From the sequence record NZ_CP085772.1: a stretch of 51,836 bases of DNA; one strand, 5' to 3'. The notes under the pieces are model-generated. The model was not told where the DNA came from and searched no databases. It saw only the letters and a list, made by a program, of their open reading frames with translations. The stretch comes from a plasmid. A program made the translations under genes and the position numbers. Shown here in pieces: positions 1-9,823 of this stretch. Position 1 is the first letter of the stretch; the number at the start of each line of letters is the position of its first letter.

Positions 1-813
1 GCTTTTCGAGCTCATCCTCAGCTTCTGTTCGAAGACCTACGTATTCTGGCCATCGATTTCGATCCGCAGGCATCTCTGACAATGTTCCTGAGCCATGAAA
101 ATTCAGTGGGCCTGGTTGAAAATACGGCTGCTCAGGCCATGCTCCAGAACGTGTCTCGTGAAGAATTACTTTCCGATTTTATAGTACCGTCTATTATCCC
201 TGGTGTTGATGTAATCCCCGCTTCCATTGACGATGCATTCCTTGCTGAAGGCTGGAAGGGATTGTGTGAAGAACATCTTCCAGGGAAAAATATTCATGCT
301 GTGCTTAAAGATAACATTATCGATAAGCTCCAGCATGACTACGACTTTATTTTCCTTGATAGTGGTCCTCACCTTGATGCGTTCCTGAAAAACTGTATTG
401 GGGCGGCAGACCTGATGTTGACCCCTCTTCCACCGGCTACGGTTGATTTTCATTCTTCCCTGAAGTTTGTGGCCAGCCTCCCTGCCCTCATAGATTCCAT
501 TGAAATGGATGGGCACACCTGCAATCTCATCGGTAATGTCGGCTTCATGTCCAAGATCCTGAACAAGTCTGATCACAAAATTTGCCATAGTCAGGCCAAA
601 GAGGTTTTCGGTGCCGATATGCTAGACATGGTTCTGCCGAGACTGGATGGTTTCGAACGCTGTGGGGAGACTTTTGACACAGTTATTTCAGCAAATCCAG
701 CAACCTATGATGGAAGTACAGAGGCACTAAAAAGCGCAAAATCAGCAGCGGAAGACTTTGCGAAGGCAGTCTTTGATCGCATCGAGTTCATTCGTACTAA
801 CGGAGGTATGTGA
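1..813 (+). CDS. sopA: ParA/SopA-family partition ATPase, 5'-truncated by window edge (C-terminal ~270 aa)
   Basis: Open frame from nt 1. C-terminal region reads like F-plasmid SopA/type Ia ParA. Stop overlaps the sopB start (ATGA). Confidence 0.8.
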   Translation, partial: AFRAHPQLLFEDLRILAIDFDPQASLTMFLSHENSVGLVENTAAQAMLQNVSREELLSDFIVPSIIPGVDVIPASIDDAFLAEGWKGLCEEHLPGKNIHAVLKDNIIDKLQHDYDFIFLDSGPHLDAFLKNCIGAADLMLTPLPPATVDFHSSLKFVASLPALIDSIEMDGHTCNLIGNVGFMSKILNKSDHKICHSQAKEVFGADMLDMVLPRLDGFERCGETFDTVISANPATYDGSTEALKSAKSAAEDFAKAVFDRIEFIRTNGGM

Positions 814-1787
814 TGTCGAATGAGAAAAGAAAAACCATCGGCAGACAGTTAAATACCCAGGCGTCAATTGCGGAAATGACGGACACCGGTAGAAGCCAGG
901 TATTTACCTTAAAAACCGGCAGGAAGGTAACGTTCAGGTTTGTTCGGGTGCCTGCATCTGAAGTTGAAAGTAAGACCTTCGTAAACCAGGAAAACAACGG
1001 AAGAGATCAACTGGCACTGACCAGGGAGTCCCTGAAATCCATTATCCAGACGATTAAGTTTCAGCAGTTCTTTCCCTGTATTGGTATTAAGCAAAGTGAA
1101 AGGATTGAGATACTGGATGGTTCAAGACGGCGAGCCTCAGCAATTTTTGTCCGTTCAGGCCTTGATGTAATGGTTACCGAAGAGCATTTATCAGCTGATG
1201 AAGCTCGCCAACTGGCTAAAGATATCCAGACAGCTAAAGAACATAATCTTCGGGAGATTGGCCTGAGATTGATCGCTCTTAAAGAGTCCGGATTTAATCA
1301 AAAGGAAATTGCTGAACTGGAGGGGTTATCTCAAGCTAAAGTTACCAGGGCGCTGCAGGCGGCGGCCGTACCGCAAGACTTGATTTCTCTGTTCCCGGTT
1401 CAGTCGGAGCTATCGTTTAGTGACTATAAACTTCTTTTAGAAGTTAATGAAAAACTCAGTGAAAAGGGATTAACGCCTGAAGAACTCATTCAGTCTGTAT
1501 CAGCTCAGCTCGATGCAATTTTGAGTGAAGGCGAGCGACCAGAAGACGAACAGAAAGCCAGTATACTGAAGCTGATTTCTCAGGCATCTCAGGCATTGAT
1601 AGATCCATCTCCCAAGGAAAAGTCAGTGGTTTCCCCACTCTGGTCTTTTGAAGAAAAGGACAAGTTCGCGCGTAAGCGTGTGAAAGGGCGTACGCTGACT
1701 TATGAGTTTAGCCGTATGTCAAAAGTGATTCAGGATGAACTGGACAAGGCTATCAACGAGGTCCTTGACAGAAATTTGAGTCAATAA
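810..1787 (+). CDS. sopB: ParB/SopB-family centromere-binding partition protein
   Basis: 325 aa. ParB-like sequence, translationally coupled to sopA. Confidence 0.8.
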   Translation: MMSNEKRKTIGRQLNTQASIAEMTDTGRSQVFTLKTGRKVTFRFVRVPASEVESKTFVNQENNGRDQLALTRESLKSIIQTIKFQQFFPCIGIKQSERIEILDGSRRRASAIFVRSGLDVMVTEEHLSADEARQLAKDIQTAKEHNLREIGLRLIALKESGFNQKEIAELEGLSQAKVTRALQAAAVPQDLISLFPVQSELSFSDYKLLLEVNEKLSEKGLTPEELIQSVSAQLDAILSEGERPEDEQKASILKLISQASQALIDPSPKEKSVVSPLWSFEEKDKFARKRVKGRTLTYEFSRMSKVIQDELDKAINEVLDRNLSQ

Positions 1788-1796
1788 TTTCGCCAT

Positions 1797-1863
1797 GGCG
1801 ATTTCACATCTAACTTATTGTAATTAGGCAGTTTAGGCTGAGAATTTCAAGGTGAAATCGCCA
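1797..1863. repeat. Inverted repeat (12-bp arms tggcgatttcac / gtgaaatcgcca) downstream of sopB; no 43-bp sopC-type array present
   Basis: Perfect 12-bp arms about 43 bp apart, read directly. Confidence 0.4.
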
Positions 1864-1868
1864 AAGTT

Positions 1869-3140
1869 TTACGCCAGTTTCGCTGCAGGAATATCTGACC
1901 ATCGTGTCGTATAAGCAGGAGAAAGCATCTCCCGTTTCATTTGCCATTCCGGGGCAATACCCCGCCCCGCAAACCATACTTTACCCAGCCCTGAGTTGTT
2001 GATCCCGTCCAGAACCCTCATCAGCTCAGCACTGTGAGGGCGTGGCGGGCGTTCGTCGAACAGCTGCAGCTGCGAAACGCCGGAGCCGGTGAAGTCATTC
2101 AGCATAACTCCGGCTTTGGCATACCGGTGTCCATCCCTCCAGATACGCTCCAGAGCCGTTGTGGCGGCTGCAATGATGTCCCTGGTGTCCTGAGTGGGTG
2201 TAAGAAGTTTTTCCGTAGCCACGTTGCCGTAGTAAGGTTCTTTAACGGCGAACGGAGACGTTTTGATGAAAACGGAAATATGCCGGCAATACTGGTGCTC
2301 TTTACGCAGCTTTTCAGAGGCCCGCTCTGCGTGCTGACAGATAGCCTGACGGAGTGACTCGTACTCCGTGATCTTCACGCCAAAACTGCGGCTGCAGACA
2401 ATTTGCTGTTTCGTCGGAGGGGCTTCCTCAAGCGAAAGGCAGCTTTCCCCGTTCAGTTCACGTACCGTTCGCTCAAGGACCACAGAAAAATTTTTGCGGA
2501 TGAAGGCCGGGTTCGTCAGGGCGAGATCGAGCGCGGTCTTAATGCCCAGCACATTCAGCTTGCGTGCAATACGGTTACCCACCCCCCAGATTTCTTTAAC
2601 CGGCTGCAGTGAAAGCAGTTTCCGCGTTCTCTGCGGATTTCCCCTGGTCAGAGCAAGTACGCCACGAAGCTGTTTCCACTCTTTTGAGGCCCACTGGGCT
2701 GATTTTGCAAGGGTCTTCGTTGGTCCGGCGCCCACGCCAATGGTCAGGTGGGTACAGTCATACACGTGCTGACGCAGCTGCCGGCCGAAGTCCTCAAGCT
2801 CCATACAGTGCTCCACGCCGGTCAAATCGAGGAACATCTCATCAATTGAATACTGTTCCACTCTGGGGGCCAGTTCCTCCAGGCAGTTCATCACGCGCGC
2901 CGACATCGAGGCGTAAAGTTCATAGTTACTTGAAAACGAATATATTTTTTCCGGGTACCTTTCGTTTTTTATCTGAAACCACGGAGTTCCCATTTTGATC
3001 CAGGGCTTCGCCTCGGCACTGCGAGCGATTACGTTCCCGTCGTTGTTGCTCAGGACGACTATCGGCTTTCCTTTCAAATCCGGTCGGAAAACACGTTCAC
3101 AGCTGGCATAGAAGCTGTTCACATCGGCCAGGGCAAACAT
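1869..3140 (-). CDS. umuC: Error-prone DNA polymerase V subunit UmuC (Y-family polymerase)
   Basis: 423 aa. N-terminus [15 protein letters not shown] is diagnostic of UmuC/MucB. Confidence 0.9.
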   Translation of the reverse strand: MFALADVNSFYASCERVFRPDLKGKPIVVLSNNDGNVIARSAEAKPWIKMGTPWFQIKNERYPEKIYSFSSNYELYASMSARVMNCLEELAPRVEQYSIDEMFLDLTGVEHCMELEDFGRQLRQHVYDCTHLTIGVGAGPTKTLAKSAQWASKEWKQLRGVLALTRGNPQRTRKLLSLQPVKEIWGVGNRIARKLNVLGIKTALDLALTNPAFIRKNFSVVLERTVRELNGESCLSLEEAPPTKQQIVCSRSFGVKITEYESLRQAICQHAERASEKLRKEHQYCRHISVFIKTSPFAVKEPYYGNVATEKLLTPTQDTRDIIAAATTALERIWRDGHRYAKAGVMLNDFTGSGVSQLQLFDERPPRPHSAELMRVLDGINNSGLGKVWFAGRGIAPEWQMKREMLSPAYTTRWSDIPAAKLA

Positions 3141-3571
3141 CAGTACATCTCCCTCGGGCGGTGGATGATATGCGTGACGACGCCAAAGATATCAAGCTCG
3201 TCGGGGTCAGGATAAATCGGCGACCAGGAGGCATTCATGGGCTGCAGCGTCAGTCGAGGCGTCAGCAGAAGCCGTTTAACCGTAAACTCCCCCTGTACGC
3301 TGGCGACAACGATATCGCCGTGCCGCGGCTTTTCAGCACTGTCCACAACCAGCAGATCGCCATTGTACAGACTACCGTCCGCCATGCTGTCTCCGCTGGC
3401 ACGCAGGTAGTACGTCGCGCTCGGATGCCGTATGCAGTAATCATGGAGATCCAGATCGGACTCGACATAGTCAGCGGCAGGGCTGGGAAAACCGCAGCTG
3501 GCCAGATCGGCAAACAATGGATGGGCCTGTGGCGGGTGTTCTTTCCCGGTGCTGAAAAGCTGTAGCTTCAT
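3140..3571 (-). CDS. umuD: UmuD (LexA-like self-cleaving SOS protein)
   Basis: Start MKLQLF preceded by AGGAGG. Contains the S24 peptidase fold (GDSM..K). Overlaps umuC by 1 nt. The longer six-frame ORF (to 3952) is an artefactual upstream extension. Confidence 0.85.
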   Translation of the reverse strand: MKLQLFSTGKEHPPQAHPLFADLASCGFPSPAADYVESDLDLHDYCIRHPSATYYLRASGDSMADGSLYNGDLLVVDSAEKPRHGDIVVASVQGEFTVKRLLLTPRLTLQPMNASWSPIYPDPDELDIFGVVTHIIHRPREMY

Positions 3572-3596
3572 CTTTCCTCCTGACACTCTAATTTTA

Positions 3597-3612
3597 CTGG
3601 TTATGTATACAG
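3597..3612. promoter_or_regulatory. LexA (SOS) box-like palindrome CTGGTTATGTATACAG upstream of umuD
   Basis: CTG-N10-CAG palindrome. Other strand reads CTGTATACATAACCAG, one mismatch from CTGT-N8-ACAG. Lies ~25 bp upstream of the umuD ATG. Confidence 0.55.
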
Positions 3613-3613
3613 T

Positions 3614-5560
3614 GTGCGCCGGGAGACCGGTAGAGATCAAGGGGTGAAAGTCCCCGACCATTGAAGGACCAGCAATCCACAAGGTCCCCGAGTCATGCGT
3701 TGCATACCGCGAGGTATGGGGCGAAGCGTTGACAGGGGTGTTGACAGGCCAGCCATTGAGCCACGAAATGTATATTAAATTACCGGGTGCCGACGTTGTA
3801 CTGTTAACGGAAGGCAACATCATAGGGTGCGATACTGCGAGTGCCACATGGACCCGGCGGGGTCTGAGACCCTGGCATGTCAATACGATCTCTACGCGGG
3901 AACCGGGAGATCTCCCCTCTGACCATCTGCCAGTGTCGGAGATGGCCCGCACCGGGAAGACGAGGAGTCATAGCCGGTGATGTACGGAGAGGAGAAGTCG
4001 GACTCGCTCATAGTAGCGGCGAAGCAGGCGAACAACCCGAAAGGAGCGGAGTCAGTGGAGCGAAGGAGCGGGGCCAAGGGGAACGCGGAACAGCCACACA
4101 TGCGCCGGACACAGAGCCGGGAAAGCATGTCACAGAGGCTGTCACGCGTGCGGGAAGCTGCGAAGCAGCGGAAGAAAGAACGGTTTACAGCATTGTTCCA
4201 CCTGCTGACAGTCGAAGCACTGGAAGCCGCATTCCTCTCCCTGAGCAGGAAAGCGGCCGCCGGAGTGGATGGCATCAGGTGGATGGACTACGCCGGAAAC
4301 ATGAAGAACAACATAACAGATCTGCACCGGAGGCTACATCAGGGCAGCTACAGGGCGCAGCCCGGCAGGCGTCACTACATCCCAAAAGCGGATGGAAAAC
4401 AACGCCCGCTCGGCATCGCCTCGCTGGAGGACAAGATCGTCCAGTATGCGCTGGTGAAAATCCTGAACGCAGTCTATGAAAACGACTTTATGGGGTTCTC
4501 ATACGGGTTCAGACCCGGGCGAAGCCAGCACGATGCACTGGACGCACTGGCCACAGGGCTGGTACGCACTAACGTAAACTGGGTACTGGATGCCGACATC
4601 AGTCAGTTCTTTGACAGGGTGAGCCACGAATGGCTGATCAGGTTCACAGAGCATCGGATCGGCGACCGGAGGGTAATCAGGCTCATACGTAAGTGGCTCA
4701 CAGCCGGGACGTCGGAGGAGGGTCAATGGCGAGCAACGGAGGAAGGCACCCCACAGGGTGCGGTCATCTCACCGCTGCTGGCAAACATATACCTCCACTA
4801 CGTCTTCGATCTGTGGGCGCATCAGTGGCGACGTCGCTATGCCACAGGCAATGTGGTAATGGTCAGATACGCCGATGACATCGTCATCGGGTTCGACAAA
4901 CGATACGATGCCCGGCGCTTCCGTATAGCCATGCAGCGCAGACTGAGGGAGTTCGGACTCACGGTTCACCCGGAGAAAACCCGTCTGATGGAGTTCGGCC
5001 GCTTCGCTGCCGAAAACCGTGCCATCAGGGGAAAAGGCAAACCAGAAACGTTCAACTTCCTCGGGTTCACGCACATCAGCGGGAAAGATCGCAACGGCAG
5101 GTTCATGCTGATACGAAAGACCCGCCGGGATCGGATGACGGCAACTCTGAAAGCCATCAAAGACGGTCTGCGAAGGCGCTGGCATTACTCAATCCCCGAA
5201 CAGGGAAAATGGCTCAGGAGAGTGGTTCAGGGATACCTGAACTATCACTCGGTACCGGGCAACTTCCCCACCATGCAGAAGTTCAGGACACACGTAACAA
5301 ACCTCTGGCGCCGGGCGCTCAGGCGCAGGAGCCAGAAGGATGATACGACCTGGACGAAAGCAAACAAACTGGCAGCCGCATGGCTACCAAGGGTTCGGGT
5401 TCTTCATCCATGGCCTGTGGAGCGGTTCACCGCCAGACACCCGAGGCAGGAGCCCGGTGCGTAAATCGCGCACGCCGGGATCTGTGCGGGGGGTATCCGG
5501 TAACGGGTATCCCTACCGCGACATATTTAACAGCGTGACGATAATCCAGATCGCCTGCCG
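3614..5560 (+). mobile_element. Bacterial group II intron (retroelement), complete or nearly complete; 3' boundary approximate
   Basis: Starts GTGCG (or GTGTG at 3612). The 5' ribozyme domains span about 360 nt. The RT/maturase ORF lies in domain IV. About 96 nt remain after the ORF stop for domains V-VI before IS1 begins. Confidence 0.75.
3977..5464 (+). CDS. ltrA: Group II intron-encoded reverse transcriptase/maturase (no recognisable C-terminal HNH endonuclease domain)
   Basis: RT motifs present, including YADD (VMVRYADDIVIGF) and the X/maturase region. 495 aa. Confidence 0.9.
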   Translation: MMYGEEKSDSLIVAAKQANNPKGAESVERRSGAKGNAEQPHMRRTQSRESMSQRLSRVREAAKQRKKERFTALFHLLTVEALEAAFLSLSRKAAAGVDGIRWMDYAGNMKNNITDLHRRLHQGSYRAQPGRRHYIPKADGKQRPLGIASLEDKIVQYALVKILNAVYENDFMGFSYGFRPGRSQHDALDALATGLVRTNVNWVLDADISQFFDRVSHEWLIRFTEHRIGDRRVIRLIRKWLTAGTSEEGQWRATEEGTPQGAVISPLLANIYLHYVFDLWAHQWRRRYATGNVVMVRYADDIVIGFDKRYDARRFRIAMQRRLREFGLTVHPEKTRLMEFGRFAAENRAIRGKGKPETFNFLGFTHISGKDRNGRFMLIRKTRRDRMTATLKAIKDGLRRRWHYSIPEQGKWLRRVVQGYLNYHSVPGNFPTMQKFRTHVTNLWRRALRRRSQKDDTTWTKANKLAAAWLPRVRVLHPWPVERFTARHPRQEPGA

Positions 5561-5747
5561 GGTAATGGTGCCAACTTACTGATTTAGTGTACGATGGTGT
5601 TTTTGAGGTGCTCCCGTGGCTTCCATCTCCATCAGTTGTCCCTCCTGCTCAGCTACTGAAGGCGTGGTGCGTAACGGTAAAAGTACTGCCGGACATCAGC
5701 GCTATCTCTGCTCTCACTGCCGTAAAACATGGCAGCTACAGTTCACT
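5561..5747 (+). mobile_element. IS1 fragment (IRL plus insA 5' end), truncated by IS903B insertion
   Basis: ggtaatggtgccaacttactgatttagtgtacgatggtg... matches the IS1 left end and the start of insA. Homology stops at the IS903 IR. Confidence 0.8.
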
Positions 5748-5756
5748 GGTAATGGG

Positions 5757-6812
5757 GCTTTGTTGAATAAATCAGATTTCGGGTAAGTCTCCCCCGTAGC
5801 GGGTTGTGTTTTCAGGCAATACGCACGCTTTCAGGCATACCTGCTTTCGTCATTTTGTTCAGCGCTCGTACCAGGGCCATAGCCTCCGCAACCTGACCAT
5901 CGTAGTCACGCAGCGTCAGTGAACCCCCGAACAGCTGTTTTACCCGGTACATCGCCGTTTCCGCTATCGAGCGACGGTTGTAATCTGTTGTCCATTTCCA
6001 CCGCGCATTACTCCCGGTCAGCCGCTGATTAGCCACTGCACGGTTACGGTCTGCATATTCACCGGGCCAGTAACCCGCACCTTTTCGGGGTGGGCTAAGC
6101 GCGCTGATTTTCTTACGCCGCAGTTCATCGTGACAGAGCCGGGTGTCGTAAGCGCCGTCTGCCGATGCTGCCCTGATTTTTCTGTGAGTCTGCCGGATAA
6201 GACCCGGGAAGGCTTCTGAGTCCGTCACATTGTTCAGCGACAGGTCTGCACAGATGATTTCATGTGTTTTGCTGTCAACTGCCAGATGCAACTTTCGCCA
6301 TATACGACGGCGTTCCTGGCCATGCTTTTTGACTTTCCACTCGCCTTCACCGAAGACCTTCAGCCCGGTGGAATCAATCACCAGATGCGCGATTTCACCC
6401 CGGGTGAACGTTTTGAAACTGACATTAACCGACTTTGCGCGCCTGCTGACACTGGTGTAATCCGGGCAGCGCAACGGAACATTCATCAGTGTAAAAATGG
6501 AATCAATAAAGCCCTGCGCAGCGCGCAGGGTCAGCCTGAACACGCGTTTAATGACCAGAACGGTGGTGATGGCGAGATCAGAATAGCGCTGAGGTCTTCC
6601 CCGTGATGAAGGCGTTGCCGACTCATACCAGGCCTGAATAGCTTCATCATCCAGCCAGAAAGTTATGGAGCCACGGTTGATGAGGGCTTTATTGTAGGTG
6701 GGCCAGTTGGTGATTTTGAACTTTTGCTTTGCCACGGAATGGTCTGTGTTGTCGGGAGGATGCGTGATCTGATCCTTCAACTCAGCAAAAGTTCGATTTA
6801 TTCAACAAAGCC
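5757..6812 (-). mobile_element. IS903B (IS5 family) copy 1
   Basis: 18-bp terminal IRs GGCTTTGTTGAATAAATC at both ends. Length about 1056 bp. Confidence 0.9.
5812..6780 (-). CDS. tnpA: IS903B transposase
   Basis: 322 aa, N-terminus MKDQITHPPDNTDHSVAKQKF, DDE motif present. Confidence 0.9.
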   Translation of the reverse strand: MKDQITHPPDNTDHSVAKQKFKITNWPTYNKALINRGSITFWLDDEAIQAWYESATPSSRGRPQRYSDLAITTVLVIKRVFRLTLRAAQGFIDSIFTLMNVPLRCPDYTSVSRRAKSVNVSFKTFTRGEIAHLVIDSTGLKVFGEGEWKVKKHGQERRRIWRKLHLAVDSKTHEIICADLSLNNVTDSEAFPGLIRQTHRKIRAASADGAYDTRLCHDELRRKKISALSPPRKGAGYWPGEYADRNRAVANQRLTGSNARWKWTTDYNRRSIAETAMYRVKQLFGGSLTLRDYDGQVAEAMALVRALNKMTKAGMPESVRIA

Positions 6813-6841
6813 CATTAGATCTGCTTTTGCCAAAAAAACGG

Positions 6842-7279
6842 CTAGTTTTTTCTGGGTTTACCCAAACCAAAGGCACCGGCATTCACTATAAACGAGGCCT
6901 TTCTGATCGGCGTATCGATATCAAATATGGGGTTTTCAGCACGCCTTCTTTCAAAGTACTTATTTCTCTCCGATTCATTTTTAAAAGCGCTACCTGTCCT
7001 TGCAATCCTCTCCTGAATAAGCATCTTTTCATGCTCAGCCTTTTTGGTTGAGTTGGCCTTAGCGAGATTCTTTTCAAGGGATTTCGTATGCTTTTTTATA
7101 TGCTTTCTCAACCTAGCTTTATGGCCAAATGAGAGTTTACATATCGGACAAGTGAATAATTCTTCCATAAGCTTCATGAGTGTAAGGGGAAGGTTATATT
7201 TACCATAGCATTCCTTGTCCGAACTGCCATGCGATGGTCCACCGGGGCAATGAGGCAAAGCCGTTGTCTGTGGAAGCAC
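6842..7279 (-). CDS. Small basic protein with a canonical C2H2 zinc-finger motif (F-x-C-x2-C-x3-F-x5-L-x2-H-x3-H); start codon uncertain
   Basis: FTCPICKLSFGHKARLRKHIKKH followed by a K/R/E-rich tail. A near-identical copy lies at 15128..15604. Confidence 0.5.
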   Translation of the reverse strand: MLPQTTALPHCPGGPSHGSSDKECYGKYNLPLTLMKLMEELFTCPICKLSFGHKARLRKHIKKHTKSLEKNLAKANSTKKAEHEKMLIQERIARTGSAFKNESERNKYFERRRAENPIFDIDTPIRKASFIVNAGAFGLGKPRKN

Positions 7280-7349
7280 TACGCGGCATGATGAGCGTCG
7301 TCAGTTGCACACCGGCAAAGACGTGAAACACTTTTAACCGGAGCCAGTC

Positions 7350-7628
7350 ATGCGCGTTGCCGAAAGCATCATCCTCGATGCCCTCACTCGCGGAGGATGC
7401 ATCAAAACCTTTTACCGCATATCCTCACGGCAGGCTGCTGAATCGGCCACGCGGATACCTGAGGGGTATATTCTGGAGTCGCCCGGCGAGCGGGAAGATA
7501 TTGTGCTCAGCCATGCGGACTTTCATGCACTGGAGAAGCAGCTGGAGCAGAAGGAAACCTGGGAGCAGGTGGTCGGTGTGACCTGTTTTGGTGGGGCAAC
7601 CTGGCAGCTGAGAGCCGGGTCCGTGTGA
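7350..7628 (+). CDS. Hypothetical 92-aa protein (duplicated at 15636..15917)
   Basis: ORF with start MRVAESII. Conserved in both copies of the module. Confidence 0.4.
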   Translation: MRVAESIILDALTRGGCIKTFYRISSRQAAESATRIPEGYILESPGEREDIVLSHADFHALEKQLEQKETWEQVVGVTCFGGATWQLRAGSV

Positions 7629-7890
7629 TGAGTGGCTGAGGTGCCGAAATAATTCTTTTATTTCAGCAGTGGCATTTCTGCAGTCCACGACTACAGTCTT
7701 CTCACCGGATGCATTGTGACTGTCCCACACTCCGGGGATTTGCTCCCTTTGACGAACCACAATTGTGTCCGGCCAGCCTTTCACGCTGGCTTTTTTTCGC
7801 ACAACTCTGTTCAGACTGAGTCTGAATGGTCATCTCCCTGCCCTGCCCGTTTACGCTGATGGCCAGACAGGGAGCGCCAGGAAAGAATGG

Positions 7891-8844
7891 TTAGTGGCGG
7901 ATCTGCGCCAGGTCGTCTTCCGTCAGGCCGGTCATTTTCATAACGGTATTGCGGTCAATGCCGTTATGCAGCATGGTACGGGCAATTTTCAGAGTGGCCT
8001 GACGCTCACCTTCTGAACGGCCCTTTTCAATACCCCGTTGTTCACCGAGCTGGATGCCCTGCTCAATCCCCTTCTGGATACCCTTCTGCTCAAGCTGTTG
8101 TGCGATGGTCATGAGTGCGTCTCCGTGTTGCGGCACACGCTGTGCCAGTTCGCGTACAAAGGCTTCGGCGTCAGCTGTCTCGCCTGCCTGGAGTATATAG
8201 TGTACCAGCGATATGACCTGGGATGAAGACAGATAGCCGGCCAGCAAAATGGGCGCCAGCCGGTCAACCAGTTCAGCGAGGTCGCGCTGGTGAATATGTT
8301 TCTGCAGTAAGGTCAGAGCGGCCATACTGCGGTGGCCGGCGATGTCATCATCCGGAATAACGGTCACATCAACCAGCGGGAAAGCGCCGCTGTAGAGTGT
8401 GCCTGCCAGCGCCGGGTCGTCAAACTCATCCAGCCAGCGGGTGGAATACGGATACGGGCTGCGTTTACCGGTATAGAACAGGACCGGTATCACCAGGGGC
8501 AGCTTCTTATGGCCCGCTTCCAGATGGCGCTGCATGGCGGCTACCGCGTAACGTATCAGGCGAAACGCCATGTGCCTGTCAGGCGACGACTGGTGCTCAA
8601 TGAGCACGTGAACGTAGCCGTCACCACCGGTGGTTTTCAGGCTGTAGAGGACGTCGCTGAAATACTGGCGGAGGTCATCCTCAACGAACGAGCCGGATTC
8701 CAGTTTCAGCGTGCTGAGGTCGCAGATGGCCTGCAGCTCAGCGGGCAAATGCAACTTCATAAAATCCCGGGCAATATCCGGCTGCGTCAGGAACTGCCTG
8801 AACGTGGCATCGTGGGGTGTGGGGGTGCTGTTTTTCTTCATCAT
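7891..8844 (-). CDS. rpn: Rpn-family recombination-promoting nuclease (YhgA-like PD-(D/E)XK transposase_31)
   Basis: Start MMKKNSTPTPHDATFRQFL. C-terminal IQKGIEQGIQLGEQRGIEKG repeat typical of the RpnA-E family. Confidence 0.75.
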   Translation of the reverse strand: MMKKNSTPTPHDATFRQFLTQPDIARDFMKLHLPAELQAICDLSTLKLESGSFVEDDLRQYFSDVLYSLKTTGGDGYVHVLIEHQSSPDRHMAFRLIRYAVAAMQRHLEAGHKKLPLVIPVLFYTGKRSPYPYSTRWLDEFDDPALAGTLYSGAFPLVDVTVIPDDDIAGHRSMAALTLLQKHIHQRDLAELVDRLAPILLAGYLSSSQVISLVHYILQAGETADAEAFVRELAQRVPQHGDALMTIAQQLEQKGIQKGIEQGIQLGEQRGIEKGRSEGERQATLKIARTMLHNGIDRNTVMKMTGLTEDDLAQIRH

Positions 8845-9013
8845 CAGCCCTGGCTCTGAAAAATGACCCGGGTATGCTATCACAGGCAGGAGCAGCACAT
8901 AATGGCCAGTCAGATGATGATGTATTTCTTTCCCGTAAGGCCGCTCAGTCTATATTCTTGCATATCAATCATTCAGGATGCCGGACAACTCACGTTTGCG
9001 AACAGAGAGATCG

Positions 9014-9634
9014 TTATTTGTTAGCGCTGGAGCAGACCCGAATTACTGTCATTTTAGAAACGCCCGCCAGGCGAGCTGTTTCTCGCAGCGATTTTCCATT
9101 GACCAGGCGCAGAGTGCGTATCAGTTCATGTTTCTGCGCATCGGCCACCCTGCCCCGGTATTTTCCTTCAGCTTTCGCCTTACTGATACCCTCTGACTGT
9201 CGACGTCGACGGTCTTCGTAATCTTTTCGGGCAATAGCGGCCAGCATATCCAGCATCATGCCATTTACGGCCTTCAGCATGCTTCGGGTAAAGTCATCAC
9301 TTACTGTGCTGGATAGCGCCAGATGGCTGGTCGGTAGATCAAGACTGACGATGGCCAGCTGCTTGTCTGTAATTTGCTTTCTGAGTGTCTCCCAGCCTGC
9401 ATCATCCAGGCGAGTGAGCCTGTCGACCTGTTCAATGAGAATCACATCACCAGGTTCCGCATCACCAAGAAGCCTGATCAGTTCAGGAAGATTCATTGTC
9501 GTACCGGAGACATTATCGATATACCAGCCAGCAATACGGTGTCCATGTTGGTTTGCAAACGCCTTCAGTGCATTTTTTGCCCGGCTGGCATCCTGTTCTG
9601 AAGTGGATGCCCGGAGGTAACCAAAAACGAACAT
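9014..9634 (-). CDS. Serine recombinase (resolvase/invertase family)
   Basis: MFVFGYLRASTSEQ catalytic-Ser N-terminus. C-terminal HTH. Confidence 0.8.
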   Translation of the reverse strand: MFVFGYLRASTSEQDASRAKNALKAFANQHGHRIAGWYIDNVSGTTMNLPELIRLLGDAEPGDVILIEQVDRLTRLDDAGWETLRKQITDKQLAIVSLDLPTSHLALSSTVSDDFTRSMLKAVNGMMLDMLAAIARKDYEDRRRRQSEGISKAKAEGKYRGRVADAQKHELIRTLRLVNGKSLRETARLAGVSKMTVIRVCSSANK

Positions 9635-9635
9635 T

Positions 9636-9740
9636 TTTTGTCCTAGTGGTAACATTTAAGTGGTACTGTTCATTATGGTATCACTTAAGTGGTAACAATA
9701 AAACTACCCGATACCTCTTGAGGTGGTACATATGAACTAT
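9636..9740. promoter_or_regulatory. Putative res site: four copies of AGTGGTA / TTAAGTGGTA motif upstream of the resolvase gene
   Basis: agtggtaaca, ttaagtggtac, ttaagtggtaac and gaggtggtaca lie within about 100 bp. Confidence 0.4.
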
Positions 9741-9780
9741 ACCCTAATGTGACATATTGGCGAGTGGTCTAGGATTGGTT

Positions 9781-9805
9781 AATAAAAAAGCCAGGGAATC
9801 CTGGC
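9781..9805 (-). terminator. Rho-independent terminator (gccagg-gaat-cctggc + T-run on minus strand)
   Basis: Perfect 6-bp stem followed by TTTTTTATT in the minus-strand transcript. Confidence 0.5.
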
Positions 9806-9823
9806 TCTTGGGTGAGCTGGTTG

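Noticed and set aside
3140-3952. 270-aa ORF extending umuD upstream into the intron.
   Set aside because: The UmuD homology starts at MKLQLF (3571) with a proper SD. The upstream extension runs through the LexA box and the intron ribozyme.
3161-4479. Several ORFs (134, 83, 200, 127 aa) inside the group II intron 5' domains and antisense to umuD.
   Set aside because: They overlap structured ribozyme RNA or the opposite strand of a well-supported gene, and have no RBS or homology.
6262-6606. 114-aa ORFs antisense within both IS903B copies (also 11872..12216).
   Set aside because: Antisense to the transposase. Conserved only because the IS is duplicated.
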